From the NCBI RefSeq assembly GCF_030684315.1, contig NC_081354.1:16300226-16364225 (forward strand): DNA of 64,000 nucleotides. The letters are read 5' to 3'. A program made the position numbers and the translations under genes. Shown here piece by piece: positions 13,314-25,883 of this stretch. Numbering within the stretch: position 1 is the first letter of the stretch; each line of letters opens with the position of its first letter. This DNA comes from Stegostoma tigrinum (lineage: Eukaryota). The notes beneath the pieces are model-generated. The model searched no databases. It saw only the letters and a list, made by a program, of their open reading frames with translations, and had not been told where the DNA came from.

Positions 13314-14469
13314 ATTTACACTGTGCTAATTTCTTTGCCAACATAAATCCATCTGTGCAGATTTCCCCCGATATCCCTATATATTCCCCACTTTAAGGCT
13401 GTGATAGGGCGAGATACATACCCTCACTGAGCCTATCACCTCTTAATAGGCAACTGGGTAAGGTATCTTGGCAATGGTGATAGTGATTGTCACCATCCAC
13501 AAGTGGCTGAAATCAGATCAAAATGAAGAAATTTATTTTATGTTAAGAACTAGAAAGCTGCTAACCTTAATTGAGTTTGATTTGGGGTTGTGGAGAGATT
13601 CAGAGGACACCTAAAATGGTATGTAAAATTTTTAAAAATGGCAATGAAGTACATTTCTCCTCCCCGCCGCCACCTCCCACAAGGAATTCACTTTCTGGTA
13701 CACACATTGCTCGATAGAACGTTAGTTTATTCACAGTGTGTTATAGTGCATTTAATTGCTAGGATAATTTCAAATGCGTCATGTCAGTGACGATAATCTT
13801 GTAATTAGCAGAGAACTAAACAGTGAATTATTACCCACAATTTTCCCACTGCCTATCAAAGGTTGTGCATATTTATCAGTTTGCTTCTTCTAGCTTTTCA
13901 GAATCAATATATAGAACTTATTTCCAGATATTAAATTAGATTATTATAGCTGGAGCTTACTTTGATGTAAAAGAAAATGAATATGCTTTTAAATCTTTCT
14001 GGATGATTCCATTATTCACAAATGCTTTCATTATTTATTAAAATGTGGTTTTCTACTTGTGTCTGCAATTTTTCCAAAAATGGGAATGTTTGACGTATCG
14101 CAGATGTGTGAATTCACAGCTTGATGTTTTATTGAAACATTTTGTGCTGAAAAAGTTATTCTTCCAGAGCTCTGGTTTTAATATCTGGCTCCTCTTTTCT
14201 TGCTTGGCTACTGTGTGAATGAGCTGTCCGAGGCTATTGTTGAGCTGTTGCTTGCTCCTTTGTTCTTGGGCTTGACTTGGACTTTGACATCAATGAAATA
14301 TCAGGCGTTCCAAATGCCCTGGAATTCATCAAGCACACAGATGTGGCTTCCACATTGCAATGAAGTTATAGCTTCATCGTGAAAGTTTTGGAATGAATAA
14401 GCAGGTAGATTGTTATTATAAGCAATTCATCACCCTCAAATTTGCGTTAAGGTAATGTGCTTTTGTCAG

Positions 14470-14805
14470 AGAGTCATAGAGATGTACAGCATGGAAACAG
14501 ATCCTTCGGTCCACCTTGTCCATGCCGTCCAGATATCTGAAATTAATCTACTTCCATTTGCCCCATAACCCTCTAACCCTTCCTATTCATAAATCCATCC
14601 AAATGCCTTTTAAATATAATTGCACCAGCCTCCGCCACTTCCTCGCTGAGTTCATTCCATGCACGCAGCTCCTACTGCATGAAAAAAGTTGCCCCTTGAG
14701 GTCCTTTTTAAACCTTTTACCCTAAACCTATGCCCTCTAGTTTTGGACTTCGCAACCCTGGGGAAACGACACTGCCTGTTCACCACATCCAATTCCCTTT
14801 CCATT
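14470..14805 (-). mobile_element. CR1 LINE 3' end
   Basis: gagtcatagagatgtacagcatggaaacag tail; gaaaaaagttgccccttgaggtcc. Confidence 0.75.
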
Positions 14806-15317
14806 GATGAATATTCCTGAAGAAGTAAAACATTTGGAAACAGTGTTATCTCTAGACCAGAAATTCTGCTCTGGGTTGGACAGATTTGTAGGATGACTGT
14901 TATGATTGAACCAGGTGGGTTTGGGGAAAACGAGTGTAACTTGGCTTACCATGAATTTCACACCATAGGGAAGCTGAAGGATACAGGCATGACCCTTCTA
15001 ATTACCCCCTTACCACTTCTTGGAGTAAATCTGCAGGAAGTTCCAAACATCCCTAATCTTTCCCTGGACCTTACCTTAAAGGCCAGGTGGAACCCAAGCC
15101 CGATGAGCACAGAAAGTTATATCATGAGTCGAGTAAAGTCTTCAGGATTGCAATTCAAAAACATAAATGGCCCAGGAGGGGAATTCCTGGCCTTACAAGG
15201 TATTCCATTGACCTGTTTTTATGATCCTCTTTCAAATAATTTACTGCTTGTGTCTCACGTTGTGGTAATTTTACATCAGTTTTCATTCCAGCAGTTTGAG
15301 TTTCTGTTTTTTTTAAT

Positions 15318-17292
15318 TCTCTCACTCCCCATCTCTGTCTCCCCTCTCTCTCCCTCCACCCTCTGTCTCTCCCCTCTCTCTCACTCTGCCCCCCTCTCTC
15401 TCTCTTCCACTCTCTCTCTCTTCCCCGATCTCTCTTCCGCTCAATCTCTTCCCCCAATCCCTCTCTCTCCCTGTCCCCCTTCCCCTCCTCTCCCTCCCAC
15501 TGTCTCTCNNNNNNNNNNNNNNNNNNNNNNNNNNNNNNNNNNNNNNNNNNNNNNNNNNNNNNNNNNNNNNNNNNNNNNNNNNNNNNNNNNNNNNNNNNNN
15601 NNNNNNNNNNNNNNNNNNNNNNNNNNNNNNNNNNNNNNNNNNNNNNNNNNNNNNNNNNNNNNNNNNNNNNNNNNNNNNNNNNNNNNNNNNNNNNNNNNNN
15701 NNTCTCTCCCCCCATCTCTCCCTGCCATCTCTCTCTACCCCCATCTCTCTCTCTCTCTCTCCCCCCCATCTCTGTCTCTCTTCCCGCCCATCTCACTCTC
15801 TCTCTCTCTTCCCCCCATCTCTCTCTCTCTCCCCCCATCTCTCCCCGCCATCTCTCTCTCACCCCCTCACTCTCTCTCTCTCTTCCCCCCATCTCTCTCT
15901 CTCCCCCCATCTCTCCCCGCCATCTCTCTCTCTCACCCCCTCTCTCTCTCACTCTCTTCCCCCCATCTCTCTCTCTCTCTCTTTCTCTCTCTCTCCCCCC
16001 GTCTCACTCTCTCTTCCCCCCCGTCTCACTCTCTCTCTTCCCCCCCCGTCTCTCTCGCTCTCTCCCCCCCGTCTCTCTTGCTCTCTTCCCCCCCGTCTCT
16101 CTCGCTCTCTTCCCCCCCGTCTCTCTCGCTGTCTACCCCCTCGTCTCTCTCGCTCTCTTCCCCCCGTCTCACTCGCTCTCTTCCCCCCCATCTCTCTCAC
16201 TCTTCCCCCCGTCTCTCTCACTCTCTTTCCCCCCGTCTCTCTCGCTCTCTTCCCCCCCACCGTCTCTCTCGCTCTCTTTCCCCCCACCGTCTCTCTCGCT
16301 CTCTTCCCCCCAGTCTCCCTCGCTCTCTTACCCCCATCTCTCTCGCTCTTCCCCCCCATCTCTCTCTCTCCCCCATCTCTCTCTTTCTCCCCATCTCTCT
16401 CTCTCCCCCATCTCTCTCTCTCTTCCCCCCCATCTCTCTCTCTCCCCCCATCTCTCCCCGCCATCTCTCTCTCTCACACCCTCTCTCTCTCACTTTCTTC
16501 CCCCCATCTCTCTCTCGCTCTCTTTCTCTCTCTCTCTCACCCCCCCGTCTCACTCTCTCTCTTCCCCCCCGTCTCCCTCACTCTCTTTCCCCCCGTCTCT
16601 CTCGCTCTCTTCCCCCCCACCATCTCTCTCGCTCTCTTTCCTCTCACCGTCTCTCTTGCTCTCTTTCCCCCTCCGTCTCTCTCGCTCTCTTCCCCCCCCC
16701 CGTCTCACTCGCTCTCTTCCCCCCCATCTCTCTCTCTCTCCCCCCATCTCTCTCCCCCATCTCTCTCTCTCTCTCTCCCCCCCCATCTCTTTCNNNNNNN
16801 NNNNNNNNNNNNNNNNNNNNNNNNNNNNNNNNNNNNNNNNNNNNNNNNNNNNNNNNNNNNNNNNNNNNNNNNNNNNNNNNNNNNNNNNNNNNNNNNNNNN
16901 NNNNNNNNNNNNNNNNNNNNNNNNNNNNNNNNNNNNNNNNNNNNNNNNNNNNNNNNNNNNNNNNNNNNNNNNNNNNNNNNNNNNNNNNNNNNNNNNNNNN
17001 NNNNNNNNNNNNNNNNNNNNNNNNNNNNNNNNNNNNNNNNNNNNNNNNNNNNNNNNNNNNNNNNNNNNNNNNNNNNNNNNNNNNNNNNNNNNNNNNNNNN
17101 NNNNNNNNNNNNNNNNNNNNNNNNNNNNNNNNNNNNNNNNNNNNNNNNNNNNNNNNNNNNNNNNNNNNNNNNNNNNNNNNNNNNNNNNNNNNNNNNNNNN
17201 NNNNNNNNNNNNNNNNNNNNNNNNNNNNNNNNNNNNNNNNNNNNNNNNNNNNTCTCTCTCTCCCCCGATTCTCTCTCTCTCTCTCTCTCCCC

Positions 17293-17339
<47 letters not shown>

Positions 17340-18700
17340 CACCCCCGTCTCTCTCGGTCTCTTTCCCCCCGGCCTCTCTCACTCTCTTCACCCTCCCCGT
17401 CTCTCTCGCAGTCTTCACACCCACCCCCCCCGGTCTCTCTCGCTCTCTTCCCCCCCCCCCCGTCTCTCTCTCTCTCTCTCTTCCCCCCCCGTCTCTCTCT
17501 CTCTTTCTTCCCCCCCATCTCTCTCTCCCCCACATCTCTCTCTTTCCCCCCCTCTCTCTCTCCCCATCTCTCTATCTCACTCTCTCTTCTCCCCATCTCT
17601 CTCTCCCCCCATTTCTCCCCACCAGCTCTCTCTCTCCCCCCACATCTATCTCTCTCTCTCTCTCTTCCCCCCCATCTCTCTCTCTCCCCCCATCTCTCCC
17701 CGCCATCTCTCTCTCCCCCCATTTCTCCCCAGAATCTCTCTGCCTCCCCCATCTCTCTCTCTACCCCATCTCTCTCTCTTTCTCTCTCTCTCCCCCCGTC
17801 TCTATCTCTCTCTCCCCGCCAATCTCTCTCTCTCCCCTCGTCTCTCTCTTTACCCCCCAGTCTCTCNNNNNNNNNNNNNNNNNNNNNNNNNNNNNNNNNN
17901 NNNNNNNNNNNNNNNNNNNNNNNNNNNNNNNNNNNNNNNNNNNNNNNNNNNNNNNNNNNNNNNNNNNNNNNNNNNNNNNNNNNNNNNNNNNNNNNNNNNN
18001 NNNNNNNNNNNNNNNNNNNNNNNNNNNNNNNNNNNNNNNNNNNNNNNNNNNNNNNNATCTCTCTCTCTCACTCTTCCGCCCCATCTCTCTCACTCCCCCC
18101 ACCTCTCCCTGCCATCTCTCTCCCCCTTCTCTCTCTCTCTCTCTCTCTCTCCCCCGGAGTCTCTCTCTCTCTCTCTCTTCCCCCCCATCTCTCTCTCTCT
18201 TCCCCCCCATCTCTCTCTCTCTTGCCCCCCATCTCTCTCTCTCTTCCCCCCATCTCTCTCTCTCTCTCTTCCCCCCCATCTCTCTTTCTCTTCCCCTCCA
18301 TCTCTCTCTCTCTCTTCCCTCCCATCTCTCTCTCTCTCTTCCCCACCATCTCTCTCTCTCTCTTCCTCACCCCATCTCTCGCTCTCTCTTCCCCGCCCCA
18401 TCTCTCTCTCTCTCTCTTCCCCCCCATCTCTCTCTCTCTCTTCCCCCATCTCTCTCTTCCCCCCCATCTCTCTCTCTCTCTCTTCCACCCCATCTCTCTC
18501 TCTCTCTCTCTTCTCCCATCTCTCTCTCTCTTACCCCCATCTCTCTCTCTCTTACCCCCCATCTCTCTCTGTTCCCCCCCATCTCTCTCTCTCTCTTCCC
18601 CCATCTCTCTCTCTCTCTTCCCCCTTTCTGTCTCTCTCTGTCTCTCTCTCTCTCTATCTTTCATTCTCTCCCTCTCTGTCTCTTTCCCACTCCCTTCATG
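15318..18700. repeat. CT-rich polypyrimidine satellite with three assembly gaps (15509-15702, 16794-17252, 17867-18056)
   Basis: Unit of about 20-23 bp, TCTT-C(5-9)-(A/G)-(TC)n, visible directly. Confidence 0.97.
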
Positions 18701-19184
18701 ACCTTTCTTTTCTTAATTGTCAAGCCAGCTGTTGTCAGATTAGTGGCAGAGTGGCTGTTCAGATTCTCAGAGCTTTCTGACAGCACCTTGTGAAGTTTAA
18801 CAACTTTTCTGAAGTTGATGAGTTACTGTTCACAGCCTTCTCTGTGAATGAAGGCAGTTGTGCCTGTAAAGAAAATTTAACTGTTACCTAACTCCCCTGT
18901 ATGGAGCTGGTGAGGGATTCTTTCTGCCAATTAGTGCTGTATTTTATTGCACAGCTAGCTGGTGATGAGTACTAGCTGTTCAGTTGATAAGTCACAATGC
19001 AAGAAGTACGTATCCAAAACATTTTGATTATTCTTTACTTTTAATTTGCTTCTGGCCTCTCCTGGCACCAGCAGAAATTCTGTTCTCATTGTGGCAGCTG
19101 AAAATGTGCAGAAAGCTTCCTGCTGGCTGTGATATTGCACTCTGGGTGGTTAGGGTATAGTGTGGACATTAATCCCCCTTTCAA

Positions 19185-19297
19185 ATTATTTTAAACCAAC
19201 CTGTTCAAATAGAACACATGTCTGGAGCAGGTGGGACTTGAACCTGTATCTCTGGACAGAAGGGAAGAACATTACCATTCGCACCACAATAGCCCTA
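19185..19297 (-). mobile_element. Short (about 115 bp) tRNA-derived SINE
   Basis: Minus strand tggtgcgaatggtaatgtt...ggttcaagtcccacctgctccag...gaacaggttgg; copies at 23401, 23812 and 56536. Confidence 0.65.
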
Positions 19298-20108
19298 TAT
19301 CCTGCTTTCTCTGCTAAGCCAAAGGGCCTGTCTAATTATCAGCAGCGTAGGATAGACCACTGATGAGCCTTAACAAGAAGAGGAACTTGTCTTACAAAGC
19401 AAAATGTAGTTTGTTGTATGATAGCAATAAGAGCAAGTTACTTTGCTTAAGTTATTTAAGACCATCAGGAGCTAGAGGTAACATGTTTGTCTCTACCTGC
19501 ACCTTAAGCCACATTGCCTGATCCTCCTACCGGAGACTGGGTGGCATCATCAAATTGTGTGAAGCTTACTTCAAACGTAACAGGAGCTTCTTCGGAAACA
19601 TTACAACATGCCATGTACCACAAAATATTGGGGATTCAGAACGCTGTTGAGTGCCTTAAAGATTGCTTGTTGGTAAATCTAAGTTTATTTACGACATTTA
19701 TGCCCAGAGTTTCATGATCAACAGGGAAGTTGTCTATTGACAGAACATAGTGCAGCTGAGTAAGCCCCAATCTCTGCAGTGGGAAATTACTGACACTGAG
19801 AAGCTTCAAGGGCCAGATTTTCTTCATTGCGAGATTTTATTCCTCTATAAATGATACGTATGAGTGAATTAAGTCGGGAAACATTTTCTTCGTCTCCACA
19901 TTACTCCTGAGGCCTGAGTTTGAAGATAGTAGGTTGAGGAGGTGGCACCATGGGAGATACAAGGAGGCATGAGATGTGAGCGGATGGCGTGGAAGTTGCC
20001 ATGGAGATGGCATAGGGACTATAAGAGGCCATGGGGAATGTTGAAGGGTGAGGGCCACACAGCCTAAGAGCTCCTAGAACAACTGGGACTAGGTCCTAGA
20101 GAACCAAG

Positions 20109-20208
20109 TTCTGGGGAAGGATCACCGGATCCGAAAGGTTAACTCTGATGTTTTCCTTCACAGATGCTGCCAGACCTGCTGAGCTTTTCCGGCAACTTCT
20201 GTTTTTGT
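20109..20208 (+). mobile_element. 100-bp Penelope-like mini-insertion with a perfect 15-bp TSD
   Basis: tcctagagaaccaag at 20094-20108 and 20209-20223; the insert starts with a mutated hammerhead motif ctggggaaggatcaccggatccgaaaggttaact. Confidence 0.88.
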
Positions 20209-20616
20209 TCCTAGAGAACCAAGCCATGCCTGCTAACCAGCCCTACCCCATGGCCATCTGTTTCTGAAGTTGGCAGGCCCAACTCTATCCTTCATCACCT
20301 CACCAGAGTGCAAACTGGATCTACTAGGTCGAGCTCGGAACTTCCCCAACTCCAGCTACTTATTTAGTCAGCAACAGTCCCAATTTTTGTTTTGGCATTT
20401 AAAAATGTTAAACCAATTTGCATATCATTTGTCCTGGCTCTTTATCCTTCAAGTATCTAGGCTTGACCTTGGAATTCTCTTCCTAAGCCTCTCACTGTCT
20501 ACTTCTCCATCTTTCCTTACAATACTCCTTAAAAGCTAGTTCATATCCCCTCATGCAGCTTGGGTTTTATTGTACCGCAATCACTCCTTGCAAAGCCATC
20601 ATGGAACATTCTGACA

Positions 20617-20720
20617 TAGTAAGAACTAATGCTGGAGTCAGAGATAACACAGTGTGGAGCCAGAGGAACACAGCAAGCCGGACAGCATCAGAGGAGCAGA
20701 AAAGTTGACATTTCTGGCCA
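20617..20720 (-). mobile_element. Penelope-like pLTR fragment
   Basis: gagataacacagtgtggagc..gaggaacacagc..gcatcagaggagcagaaaagttgacatttc. Confidence 0.7.
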
Positions 20721-20739
20721 GCAGTCTTCTTCTACCTTT

Positions 20740-21000
20740 GTACTTAAAGGTGCGTACAAAGTATCCTACCTAATATTTCCACAGTGCCCAGACCTTGGTG
20801 TGGTTTTTCCAGCTGTGGAATATCTTTACAATTCCCTACAGGGCTTCATGATGATCATCTTTGTCTTGACCTGGTCTATAACCTGCTGGATTGCTTGGCC
20901 CAAAACTGTCATCATTGCTCCCTGCTATGTTTTCTATATCATGTTGAGTCAAATGGGTTCCCCTAAATTCTTCAATGATATTCTTCCTACTCAAAAGCAC
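20740..21000 (-). mobile_element. Possible very old RTE-clade LINE 3' remnant
   Basis: Faint similarity to the RTE ORF C-terminus (I.Q...RPG.QR pattern); highly degenerate. Confidence 0.25.
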
Positions 21001-21347
21001 CCTCAGCAAAAACACTTACATCATCATTCTTACCAATTCAGTACCAATAATGAACATTGTTTTCATCCAAAATTAAGATGATTTTGAAAAACATCATGAT
21101 TTGGGAAGATGGCAGGGAGGAAAAAAGACATTTTTGATGCGCATTTTATCAATTCTACAATTTAAGAATCATATTTCACAGGCAGAATATGGGATTCAAT
21201 GAAGCAAAAGTTCATCCAGAACATGAACACTGTTATCCAATCTGGGCAGCATCTCTCATCTCTCCTGATATCTAATAAGTAATCTCCCTTTTTAAAATCT
21301 CTTTCTTACTGTCCCAGGCTTTCTTATCTCTCGGCTTTTTTAATGCG

Positions 21348-22075
21348 TCAGCTGTGGCTCAGTGAAGAGCACCCCAACGTAGCCATAAGTGGTTTGGAAT
21401 GAGGTTAATCATTGAGAAAAGGTCGCAGCATAGTTTGGTCTGGCCTTTATCTAAACTTCAGCTTGTCCTTGTTACCTTGTGTTGAACTGGTTTGTTGTCC
21501 TTAACTGCTCTACTCCACCAGTAACCAAAATGCAGCCGTGGTAAAGTGATGCTTTATTCACACTGTACATTTCCATCTAGTAAGAAGGTGTTTCCTCTCT
21601 CAGTATTCATCTCAGACTCTCTTCAGTTTCACTGATGTCCTGTCATCAGTCACATCACTGCCTGGTTTACATTAACCCCTTACTGAACAACAAGATTCCA
21701 CATTCAAGTTACCCACTCCATGCTTGAGGACAGAATCTCAAGATGAACCCTCCAGTGTAGCCTTGCATTGCCGGATTTGCTGTCTTTCAAGTGAGTTGTT
21801 AGTCAAAGCCCCATCTACGTGCCTGAGTGGGTGTAAAAGATACCATGGCATTATTTTGAAGAAGAGCAGGGGACTTGTCCCTGATGAGCAGTTCTGTATG
21901 CATTCTTCCATCGCTACCATTATCGCATTGCTGTTTGAAGCTTGCTGTCTGCAAACTGGCTCCTGCATTTCAAACATTATCACAGTGACAACACTTCAGA
22001 AGTACTTTAATGCTGCATCAAACTGAGGTGTCCAGGAGATGTGAAAGGCACAGTATAATTGTGTGCCTTTGTTTT
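21348..22075 (+). mobile_element. Deu-domain SINE (SacSINE1-like); head apparently split by an insert of about 300 bp (about 21376-21680)
   Basis: Head gtcagctgtggctcagt; core gtaaaagataccatggcattattttgaagaagagcagggg; tail acagtgacaacacttcagaagtacttta. Confidence 0.75.
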
Positions 22076-23212
22076 TGTTTGTATTAATCAGCACTCCTTT
22101 GAACTATCATACCTTGTTCATTTTGGGTTCAAAAACATCACTTTCACGCTCCTCAAACTGTTGAAGTCAAAGCTGAACGCATTGTGTTACCCCATCTTCA
22201 CATTTGCCCTCATTCTTCCTTCTTTTAAAATCCTTGAGCTTTCAAAGCCCAGGTTTGCTGCCAGCTAATCGTTACTTTTTGATTTACTAATCTCTTTTAT
22301 TCTATTCTATCATCACTGTATCGTATAATATTTTCCTCCATCATTGTTACTCAATACAACAAGAAGTTAACAGTGCCAAAGAATTGAAATCTCTCGTCTA
22401 ATTCTTGAAGATGATATTTTAGTTCCACAACAATAAAGATTCAGGAATGTCACATTTCACTTGGCACCATCTGAACCTGCTGATTTACTGCAATTTGCCA
22501 TGGCTCTTACTTTATAACTGCCATGCTTTAAATTCTGTGAAAGTGAAGTTTTTTTTCACACTGCATAGATCTTTCCCTGGATGCCAGCCAGATCAAGAGT
22601 ATTCATTGGGTGATAAATCATAATTTCCATCAATGCTGTTCTTTGTAATGGTTGAATCTTTGTAATGTCATTGAATTTTGTGCATTTTCTTCCTTTTAGG
22701 TTTGATACACATTACTGCCAAATAAACCTCGAATTTGAACCAGATAACTTCCATGTCACATGATCAAGTTTAATTTGACTTTAATAATAAATTCAAAACA
22801 GCTTGATCTTTCTATTTGTAAAGGGTTTAATTTTGCGAGAATGTGGATGTGCAAGAATAACAATATTGTATGATTGAAAGCGGGAACAGCACATTGCATA
22901 CAGGGGAGAATTGGGCTATGAGGGGATACAGATGAATCAATAAGTGATCAAAACTGCGGCAGCTGCACTTCTCTGTGGGAAAGGTGAGGCCAGAAAATTC
23001 CAAATATTTTTGTAATGGCTGGAGATTAAGAGCTGTGGAAAAACGAATTTAGGTGTCGGTGTACAAAAGTCACAAAAAGCTGGTGCACTCGGAAGAACAA
23101 GTGGGCCGGCCTTTATCTCTTGATTTTTGGAATGCAAAGGCTTGCAAGTTTCACTTCAGTTGTGCAGAGGCTTACCCCAACCCCATGTGGAACTCTGTTT
23201 GTTTCTCATCAA

Positions 23213-23365
23213 ATCCCTGGAGTGTAGACGCGGGCCATTTGAACCATCGAATCCACACCAACCCTTTGAAAAGTATCCCACCCTTACCCTATCCTTGCAT
23301 TTCCCACCCCAGGCACTATGGGCAATTTAGCAGAGTCAATCCACCTAACTTGCACATCTTTGAAC
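23213..23365 (-). mobile_element. HE1-type SINE 3' fragment
   Basis: cactatgggcaatttagcagagtcaatccacctaacttgcacatctttg. Confidence 0.75.
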
Positions 23366-23400
23366 ACAGCACCTCAGGAAAGTAATTATACATTTGGCTG

Positions 23401-23490
23401 AGGGGTCTTTTGTAGTGCAGCGGTAAAGCCCCTATGTCTGAGCCAGGAGGCCGAGGTTCAAGTCACCACCTGACCTAGACATGTGTCTGT
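23401..23490 (+). mobile_element. Short tRNA-derived SINE
   Basis: A-box-like tagtgcagcggta and B-box-like ggttcaagtc. Confidence 0.6.
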
Positions 23491-23811
23491 TGGCTGCACA
23501 ACTGTCTTCAAAGTGCCTACCAGTTTTGTGTGGTATTTTGTATAAGGTCATTGTTCTGAAGGTTTACTATTAAAGCTCTCCCTAGTCGGTGGGTAGAGAA
23601 TCAAGCAATCTAACATGAAGTCCTGCTACAGACAGCCCTGTCTCCTATGGCTCCTGATAGTCTTAAGTAATGACATCTAACTCATTTAATTTGTCCAATT
23701 GCTATCATGCAGTCAATTATACGTCGTTTATTGAGACCAGTGCCTCTTGTTAAGATTTTTTAGTTTGTCTATCCTCTATCACTGATAATTGGACCAGATC
23801 CTTGGGTTTAG

Positions 23812-23886
23812 GAGGGCATTTGTTGTGCAATGGTAGTGTTCCTACCTCTGGGCCCAGGAGTTCTGGGTTCAAGTCCAACTTACACT
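23812..23886 (+). mobile_element. Short tRNA-derived SINE, 5' half; the 3' half resumes at 25884-25927 after the nested CR1
   Basis: gtgcaatggtagtgttcctacctctg..gggttcaagtcc; the continuation tgatgtgcaatacc..ggacaggttg matches 56610-56650. Confidence 0.65.
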
Positions 23887-25883
23887 ACAAAGAGCAAAGA
23901 ACAAAGAAAATTACAGCACAGGAACAGGCCCTTCGGCCCTCCAAGCCTGCACCGATCAAGATCCTCTGTCTAACCTGTCATCTATTTTCTAAAGGTCTGT
24001 GTCCATTTGCTCCCTGCCCACCCATGTACCTGTCCAAATATATCTTAAAAGACGCTAAGGTGCCTGTGTCTACCACCTCCGCTGGCAACACATTCCAGGC
24101 ACCCACCACCCTCTGTGTAAAGAACTTACCACGCATGTCTCCCTTAAACTTTCCTCCTCCTCTCACTTTGAACTCATGACCCCCTAGTAATTGAGTCCCC
24201 TACTCTGGGAAAAAGCTTTTTGCTATCCACCCTGTCTATACCCCTCATGATTTTGTAGACCTCAATCAGGTCCCCCCTCAATCTCCGTCTTTCTAATGAA
24301 AATAATCCTAATCTACTCAACCTCTCTTCATAGCTAGCACCCTCCATACCAGGCAACATCCTGGTGAATCTCCTCTGCACCCTCTCCAAAGCATCCACAT
24401 CCTTTTGGTAATGTGGTGACCAGAACTGCACACAGTACTCCAAATGTGGCCAAACCAAAGTCCTGTACAACTGCAACATGACCTGCCAACTCTTGTACTC
24501 AATACCCCACCCAATGAAGGAAAGCATGCCATATGCCTTCTTGACCACCCTATTGACCTGCGTTGTCACCTCCAGGGAGCAATGGACTTGAACACCCAGA
24601 TCTCTCTGCTCATCAATTTTCCCTAGGACTTTTCCATTTACTGTATAGTTTGCTTTTGAATCTGATCTTCCACAATGCATCACCTCGCATTTACCCAGAT
24701 TGAAATCCATCTGCCATTTATCTGCCCAACTCTCCAGTCTATCTATATTTTGCTGTAATCTCTGACAGTCCCCTTCACTATCAGCTACTCCACCAATCTT
24801 AGTGTCATCTGCAAACTTGCTGATCAGACCACCTACACCTTCCTCCAGATCATTTACATATATCACAAACAACAGTGGTCCCAGCACAGATCCCTGTGGA
24901 ACACCACTGGTCACAGGTCTCCAATTTGAGAAACTCCCTTCTACTACTACCCTCTGTCTCCTGTCACCCAGCCAGTTTTTTATCCATCTAGCTAGCACAT
25001 CCTGGACCCCATGTGACTTCACTTTCTCCATCAGCCTGCCATGGGGAACCTTATCAAACGCCTTACTGAAGTCCATGTATATGGCATCTCCACCCTTTCC
25101 CTCATCAATCAACTTTGTCACATCCTCAAAGAATTCTATTAAGTTGGTAAGACATGACCTTCCCTGTACAAAACCATGTGGCCTATCACTTATAAGCCCA
25201 TTTTCTTCCAAATGGGAATAGATCCTATCCCTCAGTATCTTCTCCAGTAGCTTCCCTGCCACTGACGTCAGGCTCACCAGTCAATAATTACTTGGATTAT
25301 CCTTGCTACGCTTCTTAAACAAGGGGACAACATTAGCAAGTCTCCAGTCCTCCGGGACCTCACCCGTGTCTAAAGATGCTGCAAAAATATCTGTTAAGGC
25401 CCCAGCTATTTCCTCTCTCGCTTCCCTCAGTAACCTGGGATAGATCCCATCCGGACCTGGGGACTTGTCCACCTTAACGTCTTTTAGGATACCCAACACT
25501 TCCTCCTTCCTTATGTCAACTTGACCTAGACTAAGCAAACATCTATCCCTAACCTCAACATCTGTCATGTCCCTCTCCTTGGTGAATAGCGATGCAAAGT
25601 ACTTGTTAAGAATGTCACCCATTTTCTCTAACTCAGCGCATAACTTTCCTTCTTTGTCCTTAAGTGGGCCAATCCTTTCTCTAGTTACCCTCTTGCTCCT
25701 TATATATGAATAAAAAGCTTTGGGATTTTCCTTCACCATGTTTGCCAGCAATATCTCATGTCATCTCTCAGCCCTCTTAATCCCTCATTTCAGATTCGCT
25801 CTACGTTCCCAATATTCTTGCAAAGCTTCGTCAGCCTTCAGCCGCCTCAACCTCGTGTGTGCTTCCTTTTTCCTCTTGGCTAG
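23887..25883 (-). mobile_element. Young 5'-truncated CR1 LINE (about 2 kb) with a nearly intact ORF2 reverse transcriptase region
   Basis: ORFs 25281-25751, 24174-25277 and 23978-24166 carry KSPGPDGIYPR, YMDFSKAFDKVPH, GVPQGSVLGP, SKFADD and LEYCVQFWSP; (ttctttg)-type tail. Confidence 0.97.

Noticed and set aside
14893-18780. 1295-aa ORF and the overlapping S/L/P-rich or R/E/G-rich ORFs
   Set aside because: Stop codons are absent only because the sequence is a CT satellite plus N gaps
24174-25277. 367-aa reverse transcriptase ORF as a host gene, retron or other novel RT system
   Set aside because: Canonical CR1 ORF2 motifs, CR1 3' UTR and tail, 5' truncation and many paralogous fragments in the window
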